Shown piece after piece: positions 52,180 through 64,000 of a stretch of DNA of 64,000 bases. Origin of the DNA: Lingula anatina. Its lineage: Eukaryota; Animalia; Brachiopoda. The translations under genes were made by a program, and so were the position numbers. The stretch spans positions 66,876,788-66,940,787 of the forward strand of contig CM120640.1 in assembly GCA_051362555.1 (NCBI GenBank). Reading direction: 5' to 3'. Each line of letters starts with the position of its first letter. Position 1 is the stretch's first letter. Below the pieces are notes generated by a model. It saw nothing but the letters and a program-made list of their open reading frames with translations. It was not told the DNA's origin and searched no databases.

Positions 52180-52900
52180 ACCAAGAATGTAGGACCAAAA
52201 TGAGCTTTAGCAGATGGAACCATGTTGGTCGCCAGAACTTGTACACGTCAGCAGCTAGCTTTCTCTGAGGAACACCAGACTGGTTCGAGCTTGATATGGA
52301 ATGACAACCACGGTTCCCACAACATGGTCTTCAGCTAATCTTTTCAGAATCTCACATGAAGCATGGAGTCTGCTTACAATGCCACAAAGAAAATCTTGCT
52401 TCATAAGAAAAAATGACGCATTTCACGGCAATGGAAACCTTGCGTCCATCCCTAGCGTCGGTTCTTTCTCTGCTGGGTTGTAGAATTTTTCCTGTGATAA
52501 CATCTTGGCCCAGGCTATGAATCAGAAGTCTCCTGTTGCCTGTTTCCCTGGAAACCCGTTTTTTGCGCGTTTTGCCACTGTTCCTCAGAGAGGGTGCTGA
52601 CAATGCTCTTTTGACGACACATCTTGTATACAGTCCTCCCTGGCTGTAGTCCTTCGAGGACGACCTGTACTGTTCCCTGGTTTCACATGGTGTTTTGTAC
52701 GAAACCGTTTGATGATCTTACAGACAGTTCCTTGAGGCAATCCAAAGGTGAACAGCAACGTCCTTTTGTTTGCGTCCAGCACACCACATTCCCCACAACT
52801 TGCCAAGGTCTTCTCAGGTATGTGCGACGAGGCATATCTACTCTTCAGACCTGCTGTGCAAAATATGACAAGCAACTAAGCACACCTGCGTTAGAGGCCT
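52180..52900 (-). pseudogene. Decayed Tc1/mariner-family transposase fragment
   Basis: Across frameshifts: HTH-like LPQGTVCKIIKRFR..STGRPRRTTARED, then RVSRETGNRRL, then VIFSYEARFSL (matching Tc1 VLFSDESRF with the first catalytic D changed to Y), then RTSLVFL and HFGPTFL. Stops and frameshifts are present; no clear TIRs. Confidence 0.75.
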
Positions 52901-55479
52901 TAAATGTTGTTACACCTAGCGGAAAGAGGTACGTATGATTATCGTATGTGACATTGATTTATACGTACAACTTTGAGAAAATGAAATCACCCTGCTTCCA
53001 GCGTATAAGCATGAAGAAACAAGCAACGTATGTAATTGTTTTTGAACATGCTGAAACATTCTCCCTCCAGTTATGCGAACGTACACCAAAGTGTGCCTGC
53101 GTATACGGGTTAAATCTTGCGTTTGTAAACCCCTTGCGTTTGTATGCGTACTGGTAATTTTTTTAACGTTAGCGTCATATGCTAAATGTGCCAGTGCCTT
53201 ACAGATGCATACAAAGTCAATTTTTTGTCACAAAAACCAACCAAATGCCAGCATATAGTTTCAAGTAGTATAACTAAGAGAATTACCAAAAGGCATTGTT
53301 TAATTTTACCCGAAAATGATGTTTGAACAGAATTTTCTGCTGGCATTCTAAGCTGTATGTCAATGGGGCAGGAAAGTAGGTCATGGAAATAGTTAAATTT
53401 ACAACCAAAAATTTTAAGAAAGGAGCAGTCTAAAGGTCTTTTATGATCTATTCAGTTTATCCCTTGGCATGTCGAATTTATTTGAGTCATATAAGAATGT
53501 AGTAGAAGTGGTTTACATGTGTTACTGGGAATCCACGCTCCACCGATGCTCGGTTCGTATGTACCTTTAAATACGTACATTAGACCTAACGTTTGCTTAG
53601 ACTTGTCACACAGGGCATACGACTCTCATTCCAATTGAGCATTGCCCGCTGAATTGGTTCCGCATCCATAATTTGCAAATTTATTTATTTGTGATTGTCC
53701 TAGCCAGGTATATCAATGATTTTATGAAAATTGTCACCATGAAATTAATAGAAGCGAATAGATTTATAAAAATATTCCATCATTATTAGCAAGATCATTT
53801 ATCACAGATGCCATGGAGCGAAACGCGTTGTGACAGAGTCAATGACATAAAGTAGCAATGGATGAAATTCCACTGAATTATAATTAGTTCGTTTTTTAAT
53901 CTTTTAAGATGTTTGGTGCGTTTATTCCCATTCGATATATTCTGTTCATTTATGTGTCCGTGCCATAGCTAACACTGTTGTTCACATCGAAACTGTCCTT
54001 CTCTTTCCTTTTAAATTTATTGGGGGATTGCATAAAGTGCAGATCAAGATAAAAATCAGCACAATTTGATTATTTCTGAAAATAATCCCGAAAGAAAACA
54101 ATTTTCTTGCGTGTTTTGTATATATCTTTGTCGTTCGCACCATTATATTTCCCTCCCAACTGAAATATGCTAAGACATTCTGTGTGGTGAAAACGCAGGT
54201 CAAATTGGTAAATCAGCATAATTTTCCGTTTCAGCCCCATACAGGCTATACTACGACCTCACAGAACTTTGTTCAAAATAAGTCTATACTGTATGAGTTT
54301 TATCGTTACTTTTCCCATATAGAATAAAAACATTTCATTTATGTTTTTGCTACTTCTACCCAATTTCAAGATGTCCGGTATTTTCGTGAAATTTCGATGC
54401 CAAAATCTTAAATGATTCATCGCGTCCCATGACGTAGCCTTCCAGATGGCGGGGGCGGGTCGTAATACTCTTAGATTGCTGAAGATGAACATTCCGTGCT
54501 GCTTGCAATTATCATTCACAGTGTCAAACGCCTGTAGTTCTCCATCACACATTGTTTTCATTCAAACGCTCAAATGCTTTTTCTCTCGCTATAGCTCGAC
54601 TATTTCAAATACAAAACATCAGATTCGAAGTTTAAATTCGAAAAGTAAAAAGAAAAAACGCAAACAATGCAAAATATGCCAATCAGGCTAATGTAATTTG
54701 TATTTTAAACTATTCAGAAATTGTACAATGTCGCAGAAATGATAAAGCATTTGCCAAATAATCTTTGAACACATGGCCATATATCAACTATAAGTATGTG
54801 CGGTCTCATTATTGTATAATTACTGGTCAAATTAACGTTTAGTGACTCGTATATTAAGGTACCCGACTTGAACATATCTCCCGCGTACAGAATCGACAAT
54901 GTAAGGGAAATCGATTACCCGAACCTCTAAATGTAATCATCTATTCCGAAATTGCACAAATAATATCCAGAAAACACATTAACATTGAAACTCTACAAAT
55001 CCATATCGTAAGATTATCCGCTCCCCCCATCCCATGTTACCGCGGTTGCGCTAAAAGATATAGATATCTTCGAGGTACTAAAAGCTTGGAGGAGGCATCA
55101 AGTGTGATCAATCATAACACTCAGAATAGATAATAACCAAACTAACAGTTCACTGGAGACACAGAGTAATGCATGATTATTCAATCCATATTAAATGTGT
55201 GCTTACTTCACACGGCGTGAAAGTCATCTCCATGTCTTTTATAAGTATGATTTCCGCAGTGTCAACACGGCAAAGTGCGTAGGTCGGTGAGATATGGAGT
55301 AAACTTTGCATTGTAATACGCTAATTGGCTTAAAGCCCTTTGGATATGATCTACTTAAAACAAATATTACCTGCTACCGATCACGTTTGTTTCGTCTGTT
55401 TTCCGTTTGTAGATATGAAGACTGCGTGGAGACAGACGTAATTCTATTCAGGACATGTAGATATGTAATGAAACGGTAA

Positions 55480-55935
55480 AAATATCCAACACCGATCCCC
55501 TTTGGACAATATCCAAGTGTGGTTAACAAAAAATTGAGTTAATTGAGATATCCCCTTGGTATTGGCTGAAATCGATTGCCAGAAGCATTTTGAAAACGTT
55601 TTGGAACCATATAAATTACCATATTAACTATATATTGGTATATTTGTCCAAAACATATTTGCTGTAACCGTTTTAGACACAAAATGATTCGATATTTCAA
55701 CGTGTATTTTTGGCACGCTTTAGCCTCACTTCCCCCAGATAAAAAATTTACCAAACCACTCCTCTCTTTGGGTTTGAACGTTTTTAACATGATCATCATC
55801 GGCATCGTTACCATACACTTTCAAGGAAATAACAAAAGTGGTTTAATGAATGCCCTTTTCACAAATATAAGACATTTCTCCTTTGCTGCGTGAGGAGGTG
55901 GAAAGCCACCTCACCACGTTGGATATATTACCCTA
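55480..55935. mobile_element. Possible non-autonomous element with short inverted ends and a GC hairpin
   Basis: ATATCCAACAC/ATATCCAAGTGTGG (55482-55522) is inverse to CCACGTTGGATAT (55913-55925). Perfect hairpin GAGGTGG-AAAG-CCACCTC at 55895-55912. Confidence 0.35.
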
Positions 55936-56348
55936 CATTTTTTGCAACTTTTAGTACATTAACGTTGTCTTTGGTGTTAATATTGTAATGAATTTTTGAT
56001 GTGTTTACGCGAAATGGGCAATAATGATGTGGAATATACAAAGCAAAATTGCAAATACAAAATGTCACAGTAAAAAGGTGGTGTAGAGATTTTGAATTAA
56101 GTGAATATTTAAAACAGCGCATGTGTCATCAGTTATGGCGTAGACATTTTCCTATTCTCTAACATACATAAATGATAGTTAATGTCTTTTTTACGCGATA
56201 AAAGTATGTAAACATGGCCATGTAGAAGTGCCCGGGGACACGTGTGCGTCAATAGACCGACAAGCAGCCAGATATTACGGCTTAAAATTGAATCAGTGAA
56301 GGATATTACCTTCATGGTGCCATTTTCCATGGAACCCAAAAGGAGATA

Positions 56349-56414
56349 ACGACTTCGTTACGTTAAAGAATATAGTCCTACGACTTCGTTACGTTAAAGA
56401 ATATAGTCCTACGA
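56349..56414. repeat. Perfect 31-bp tandem duplication
   Basis: ACGACTTCGTTACGTTAAAGAATATAGTCCT x2. Confidence 0.95.
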
Positions 56415-59400
56415 TTTATCATGTATTCAGTTTAATTAGTTTAGCATGTATTCAGTTGAATAGTAATGTAAAATTTTACGCTCGTTATACTTAGAGGAAA
56501 GGATCTAGAACCCGAGATATCATTAACTATGCGTGTCTGTCGTACAAAGACTAAGATAACGGTTTCGTCAAGATTTAGTTAGGTTAAGCGGCTGTCACAG
56601 TGGCAGTTCACAGTGAGAAAGCTCAAATTTTGACTGATTACTAGATATATGGATTTCTTCTTCTAATGCTCGATACGATGTGCAATCTGGGAATCATTTT
56701 CAATTCCCTATTGACATCATGCTATATTTCATTTGAACGATGTCTTACTTAGACATTTAATAAAACGTGTTTTGTTGTCCTTTACCAGAACACGTCTTCA
56801 GAAACTGTAATTTTGCTTTCGAATCATTAGAAAAGCAGACGATTTGGCCATCATCACGTCTCACCTGCGTATAGGAACGCTGCATTTTTGTCTTAAATTT
56901 TGAAACTATTATGGCGATAGAAAGGGCTTTGAAAACACCAGAAACCTAAAATCAATGAAAACCATACTTACTCTGTCAACGACGACCTCTGGATGGCAGA
57001 CGATGCTACCAAGTTAGCTTGAAACATCATTTTCCGCTCAAAGTCTCCGGTAATATTGGTTTGACTGTCAGGGCAATATATATCGTCGCCGAGGCAAACA
57101 GCACAGCAACTAACTAATATTATTACTGCTCTGCCGATGTCAAGCACGATGTCCTGTTTACAATTGCTTTCCGCGCAATATTAATGCACATAATATTATG
57201 TAGAAATGATTGTCGGAATAGCCCATACACGGATATTGGATCTTCTGCTGAACAACTGGAGGTCCGGAAACATATAGACATTTCTCCTTGAACAACCTCG
57301 CTGTATTATGCGTTAGGCAATGTTAAATGCTAAGTGGACCGGTAAAGTCCGATTGTGCACCGACATGGGTTTCGTTTAGGCACTGTCAACACCAACCCGA
57401 GTTGTACAATGTCTCTGAATCAGCTCCATAGCCACGCACAATTTGACGCGAGTGCGAAATTAATTGATCGCTCTCAATCTGCAGATGTCATCTCATGAAA
57501 TCAGCGAGTCGCGGTGCTGTACGTAGCACGAGGCGCTTTGTCTTCTTCGTGTGGTGCATTGGCTGGCTCAGTTAATGCGTCATGGCTTCATTCCCTGTGC
57601 ATTTGGCATATAAACCTTTCAGAAGCGTCTGAGACCTCGTGATTTTTCCATGTGATCTCCCAGAGCGCTGTGCCTAATCATGCAGCAGCGATGCTTCCAG
57701 CGATAAGATCTCTTGCTAGTAGGCTCACGGGTCAGAAACCGCCCATTATGGCACCGACACTTCATCATTATGATTTCTGCGTCATGTTTACCCTTGTTCC
57801 TGATTTTCATATGAAGATTCGCAGTAATGTTTAGAAGTCTTTGTTCGCTTTCGCTTGCCTGAAAACAAACTAGAAAAAGAGAATACTATAGATTGTCTAA
57901 GAAAAAGCCATGTACTCCAAACATTAATTTCACCGCGCGGCGTACATCAAGGAATAAACGATCGATTAGCATAAACCCGTAATAAACGGAACACTTGATA
58001 ATTAATTGCAATCGCAGTATATGGATATGGGCAGATAACTCACGGTATGGCGTTTAGACTTCATTATACTTTACATTGATTGGGTAGGTATATTCTGGGT
58101 TGACACATCTAATGTCTGATAAGTGCCAAATGTTTCGAGTGGGAGCGTTATAAAATTGCCAACAATCAATCTTCAGGCACGTTTCTGCACAGTTTCCTCC
58201 AAGGGACTCGGTATTATGTGTGATAAAAAAAAAGCAATAGATGAGACTGCCGTATAAATCTACATCTTGTAGATTTCTTCATTTTATTTCGACTGTTACC
58301 GCGATTTCATCACGATTATCTCATTGTTCCATCTCGTATCGATTTCATTTAGAACATCTCATTTCCAATGGAGCCTACTTTTATGATATTCTGTTCTTCA
58401 TTTACAGACAAAATTACGAGGCACCGTCTAATCTGGCTATTTAATAAAAATGCCATGCTAATCAGAAACCGGAAATTTTAGGTTCTAGGAAATATCTTAT
58501 TGTTAACGAACTCGCATACAAGTAGTTCAGGTTGGTGGGAGCCCATATTACAAAATACCATCTACACGATTTGTTGGAGAAAAGGACTATAGGGCACTAT
58601 AGGAGTACTTCATATTCAATTGGCCATAAGATTATCAAGCTGCACGCTTGGCTAACATAAACAGCAAAATATTAATTATAAATAACAAAATAAAATAAAA
58701 TAATGACGACCGTTTTCTCATTTCAATATGTGCTACCAGTGGTTCAATTTAAAATAACAGAACAAATTAAGTACTAAAATGTACGTGAGCACGTAGATGG
58801 ATCCTTGGGTACACTTAGTAGTAAGGTCTCAAAAAATCAAGAAATTGCAAAAATATGATTTTCACTTTTTATTCAATTTTCTCTTTTTACAATAATAATA
58901 CACTGCAGACATCAATTGTAACTCAAATTAGGTAGATATGTGGCTTGGCGAATAGTCTCCGAAGAAAAATGATCGACAACCATCACTGTGACTCGGATAT
59001 AAATCTACTTGTTTTTTCATTTGCCGCATAGATAACCACTAAATACACATTTGAACTTTGAAATATTCGTGATGATCTTTACGTTGTACACAATTTATTG
59101 GTCTTATCTGTTAGATCACATCTTCTGTTCTTTTGTTACTGCAGATGCCATTTCAAGAACTTTTTAAAGCACTACATATTAGCGTATGTACATATAGCCA
59201 TCACCTGCGGCTGTCCGGCAGCCATGCACGTTTCATTTAAGCACTAAAACTGGAGAGCAATGTTTCCGTCTTTCTTCAAACCCATGGTGGTTAAACATGT
59301 TGAAAGGCATGCCAAGTTCGAAACTAAGCATACACAATGTAATCCAATAATCCTTACATATGGGCGACAAAAAAGGTCCCCTAGATGCTCAGCGCTTGCA

Positions 59401-59900
59401 AACCAAGAAAATGTTGTTTCTGTGCTTTAGTGACCTTTGTACCTCAAAGACTTCACTTTGGGCTCTTTCAAGTAGAGCTACGAGCGAGAGACCTGTGGAT
59501 CTACTGAGCCACTTGCCAACCTCCCCTCTGGGTCCTCTGTGCTAACATAGTCGTTCGCAAGCTCATTTTAAAACCACACTGCCTGGTTTTATTTGATCGC
59601 TCAAGTATAACTTTGCAGTCACATTGCTTGCGGTGTTTTCACCACCGTGTGGCGAACATCATTGCAGTAGAGGTTCTCAGTGTCCATTCACTTAGGAACG
59701 AGATCGAGAAATGTTCAGAAAATTTCTTGATCAGCGAGACAAAATACTGACAATTACTGAGATAATCCCAATACATATACCTTCGCAAATTCTAGCAAGC
59801 ATCAACCGTTCACAGTTCTCCCTTTGTTATTGTTTTTAAAACGAACGTTAACGATGGAATAACGCTAAATTATCCAATCGAGTTTTTATGGTTAATGAAT

Positions 59901-59904
<4 letters not shown>

Positions 59905-59960
<56 letters not shown>
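59905..59960. repeat. (TA)n microsatellite
   Basis: Direct reading. Confidence 0.95.
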
Positions 59961-59963
<3 letters not shown>

Positions 59964-60613
59964 TAACAATTTTTGTACTTATGTAAATGGTAACACCTCA
60001 AGGCATCGATTTAAGTTGCAGTTTATGAAAATTGGTTATGCTATATAATATACACATAAATATACTACACGTTTTCTTGTATCATGGATTTACTTTCAAC
60101 TAAAAAAATACGATAAACGAGTTCCGTCTGACTTTCATCTCTATACAATTTTACATAATTGTCACTTAGCACTGTTTAGTCTAGCTCTTTCTCTATAATA
60201 CTCATTCTGTCATTATTATCTTGGCAAGTTTCATGCATTTTTCCACGCATGTGTTACTCTTGCCGTTCATGTATACGATTCTCTCAACCTTTACCATCCC
60301 CCTCTTTTTAGTGAGAAGATCGCCTATTTTCGTTTCTTCATTCGTTGCACTATGATACCAACAATCACTAAAACGTAGTTCAACGCACATATACTGGTAC
60401 CTGGCATCCACATTTTCCATTCCAATTCATTAAGAAAGTTCACACTACTGACAATGTTTAACAGTTCAATACTGCTTTAATAAGGTGTATTCTATAAACA
60501 AATTGATCATCAAGTTTTGATCGTCAAGCTTTGCTATGCAAAAATAAGACAAAAGCAATTCTTCTCAAAATACATCCATTGCTGCCTGAACACAGAGATG
60601 TCTATCACGTGGT

Positions 60614-63115
60614 CTAGCAAGTGTCCTCAATTGACTCATATTTAACATAAGCACCTGACATATCCGCACTGGGAGAAAGACCTTCATTTTGCCTTGCTCT
60701 GAAAGCATTAAATAAGTCATTATGTAGTATACACCTACTGGGATTATGCCACAATTACTAATATAAATATTTCAATGGAAATTGAAAAAAAAACTGCAAG
60801 GTGTGTGAACTGAAATAGTGAGTTGAAAAACAATTACCAAAAGATCTACCAGTAATGGGACATAATGAATTTTAAACAATACATTTGCATTTGCAAGATT
60901 CATATTAAAATTTCATGAACATGATTTTTGAAATTTTGATATGCAAATTAAAATATTTATCAATCTTTAACAAAAAAAAAAAAAAGATAGAAGTATTCTG
61001 GAGAACATATCAGTACAAGTTTCCAACTGACAAAGAGTGACAATGACAAATATGCCAAAATAAACCACAAACACTTACAACTGTTCCTTTATGATTTTTC
61101 TTCTCTCCTCTGTGATTGGGTATTTCCATAGAAACATCAGACCAATCAGAAGGCACACGATAGGAAAAGGTGCCACCAACATGCGTAGGGCTAATCCCAC
61201 AGATGGCACTTGATCACACTGCTGGGATTTATAGCCACTTAACCTACAGAAATATTTTTAAAATAATAACATCATGTCAGATTCTTTTCATATTTGAGTA
61301 TGTGCTCTGGTTTTCTTTGGGTTTTAAAGAATTAGGCTCTATTCCCATAGATTTTAGATCGATCTATCCCCGCGGGGAGTCTCACTAGATTACTTTCAGA
61401 TAATCTGACTTAAATGTCCCTCCCGCCTACTACAAGCTGTAAGGGGATAATTAACTTTCGTGACCGCCCGGCTGACAGCTATTTAGTGTGAACCCCCAGG
61501 GAGTTAGGTTGATCTAAAGTAGGTCGATCTAATCTATGGAAATGGGGTGTTATATAGCCAGTTCACCGGGAAGCTTTGCTTTTTGTTTCAAATAGATACA
61601 TGTACAAAATTGACTTTTGTCTTGAATTTCACATTCTAATTAACGCACATTAATGGATGGAAATTTTAGTGAAAAAGCAATTTCAAGAAAAAGTAAAAAG
61701 ATTCTATCCTACAATATTATCTTACTGAAAGGTTTGTATTTTCACTTTCAGATAACTCTTCTAAAAGCAAATTTAAAACTGGCGCATGCCCTCAGTAAAA
61801 TATTTATAATGAACAAAAGTTCACTATTTGACCAAAAATGACCACAATTAATAAATGATATAAAGAATCAATCCACATACCCTAAAGCCACCTGTGAAAG
61901 TCCTACTGACAAACCAACAGCAAACTTATTGAAGAACACATAAAAGGAGTAAAAGATGGCATCCTTCCTGTGGCCTGTTTTCAGCAAGAAATCGTCTAAA
62001 ACATCTGGGAGCATAGACCTGAAACAATATGTAATATGCAATATGAGACTATGAATGTAATTGTGCACTAGTAGAAAACATTGCAGAAAGATGATCTGAT
62101 AACTTTTGGGGCATACTTTTGAAAAAAATGCAAATATATTTCTACATATACACTAGTACACATGCATATTCTAAATTGCCAGAAAACCGTATCTTACGGC
62201 ACTGCTTTCTTAGCTAGTGTCCAAAACATTTCCAAAACATTTCAACTGTAATTTCAAAGTAGTTGATATAACTGTCCTCAATCAATGAAGAGCTGCCATT
62301 AAGCCATCATGTCAATGATTGTTACACGTTACCATGGAAGTAAGTAAGCCACAGATATACTGCTCCCTGCTATGGCCATAACAATATAGACCAGCCACAC
62401 CAGGTCATCATTCTCATTTTGAGGAAAAAACAGCTGGACATAGAAAATAGGGATCATAATCTGTGAAGAGAAAAGGCAATATATATAACATGTAGATGGC
62501 ACACTTCAGGTTGTTTTAGTGTGTTAAATATTGTTAATTGGTCCATTTCAATTCAGTTCAAAAATTATGCACTAAATTTAATCCAAGTCTTCATTTGAAC
62601 ATGCAGGTAAATGTATGTGTGATATCACTGGGTCTGGGATACACTGTAATAGCAGATTTTTCTCTGCAAATACATGTGAGTAAACCTCACTCTCTCCAAA
62701 ATAACTTTAAAGTATTATAATGCAAGCTGCTTCGTTTTTGTTTTTGTTAGAATTTCTCTATTTTTTAACATATGCAGTACGTGTTATACAGATAAATCAG
62801 ATACTTTCAGAAAAACTTTTTTCAAAGTTCGCCACTTTAGTTAAAACAATCATTTTAAACTCACTATCATTCCCCAAGCAAAGGCACTTTTCTTGCCATA
62901 TTTTTTCAGAAACCACTGCCATAATGGAATACATAATATTGCTGTACCCTGAAAAACATGCAAGGATATATCTTATCATGCAAAATAAATTAAACCAAAA
63001 TTACCGATTTATTTTAAGAACATATTGAATAAACCCACTACTCCCATGAATATGTTTACAGTTAAGCCTCAAGACTAGTCAAAAGATTTGTGAAATATTA
63101 TTTATAGTATCTAAG

Positions 63116-63163
<48 letters not shown>

Positions 63164-63753
63164 ATAATTTTATATCTGCCTCCCCTTACCAGTAACAGCA
63201 GTATCATAGTATCAAAAGAATCCCCCACATTCAAACTATGTGTCAAGAACAAGGTGAGGTTTCCTTGCACAATCTGAAATTTTCATAAAATTTCTGAAAT
63301 TATTATAAAATTTCATTTTTAATCATTGTCTAACCACAAAGTTCATAAGCTGATCATTACTAAAGTACAATTTGTTTTTTTTTTACTCAACATAATTCAT
63401 AATTGGTACAGTATATCTGTATATCTTATAATACTTAGTCCTGTTGGTGTTGATGTTATTTTTACTTATTTTGATTTCCAATGCTAAAGTGTACATAACA
63501 TAATTCAAGCTGAAAAGGGTTAGAATTCTTTACTAAGGACAACGTCTTTGTTGAAAACTGATTACAAATCTTCACAATGGACAATATGTCTTTGTTGAAA
63601 ACCAGTCAGAATTTATATGGTTTGTGTACCAGGGTCTTACCTGTATAGCTAATGACACAAACATGAAGGCAAGTGTCAGCTTTACGTAAGGGCCATGGGT
63701 GAATACCACTTTGTAGCTTACACAGAAAGATTCATGGTCATCATGTTGATAAT
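60614..63753 (-). CDS. MFSD2: MFSD2-family (sodium-dependent lysophospholipid symporter-like, GPH/MelB family) transporter, 3' part
   Basis: Phase-consistent exons 63753-63641, 63273-63190, 62948-62865, 62460-62333, 62018-61881, 61243-61079 and probably 60698-60614. Motifs HGPYVKL, VQGNL.LF, IPLWQWFL..YGKK, YLLPWSMLPDVLDDF, AIFYSFYVFFNKFA, WKYPITEERR. The last exon is less certain; upstream exons lie outside the window. Confidence 0.9.
61335..61550. mobile_element. Foldback MITE in an MFSD2 intron; related fragments at ~30052-30130 and ~63940-64000
   Basis: Left ATTCCCATAGATTTTAGATCGATCTA is inverse to right TAGGTCGATCTAATCTATGGAAAT. The segment CATTCCCA...GATC.A.CCAACTCTGT.GGGATTCT is shared between the 30.1 kb and 63.95 kb fragments. 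Confidence 0.65.
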
Positions 63754-64000
63754 CTGAAACATTATACTTTACAATGAGTTGCATTGTGTTCAATATTAAA
63801 AAAAAACAGAAATTCAAGCTCAATAGCACTGCATGTACACTGATATGCATCCCTTTGAAGTATGGGTTTTCAGAAAAGTGATAAAACAGGAGAAGATAGA
63901 AATATAATGGAATTATGCAAACACTGTACCAGGTACCTAAGGGCCCATTCCCAATGAAACGATCATTCTACGTCGATCAATCCAACTCTGTTGGGATTCT

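Noticed and set aside
56990-57035. Penelope-type hammerhead-like CAGACGATGCTA..TAGCTTGAAAC
   Set aside because: The core reads CAGA rather than CUGA, and stems I and III are not convincing.
45400-60200. A hidden protein-coding gene in the 15-kb KCNB-MFSD2 interval
   Set aside because: Only short unrelated ORFs and a transposase fossil were found. Noncoding exons or a lncRNA cannot be excluded from sequence alone.

Overview
AT-rich animal (invertebrate, probably lophotrochozoan; inferred from composition and gene style) genomic DNA with five intron-containing genes whose exons I could join by GT-AG sites and reading phase. They are: the 3' part of a DLGAP5/HURP/Mars-like gene (+, 4311-12207); a complete BPNT2/IMPAD1 (-, 14742-19026); a complete UBE2W (+, 19255-21184) head-to-head with it; a Kv2/Shab channel (KCNB, -, 26235-45085); and the 3' part of an MFSD2-like transporter (-, 60614-63753). 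The most unusual feature is an in-frame internal tandem duplication (~1.9 kb) that gives the HURP-like protein two complete GKAP/GH1 modules. Most duplicated exon segments are 94-96% identical, one 99-bp exon is only ~69% identical, and the introns have diverged. The Kv2 tail has a degenerate PRC motif, a separate phospho-FFAT-like motif, and candidate alternative terminal exons. Also present: a degenerate ~338-bp satellite, a hAT5-like element nested in a Helentron-type element, several MITEs (one only 37 bp), a decayed Tc1-like transposase, and a CpG-poor/CpG-rich mosaic. No prokaryotic features, CRISPR arrays, rRNA or credible tRNA genes were seen.
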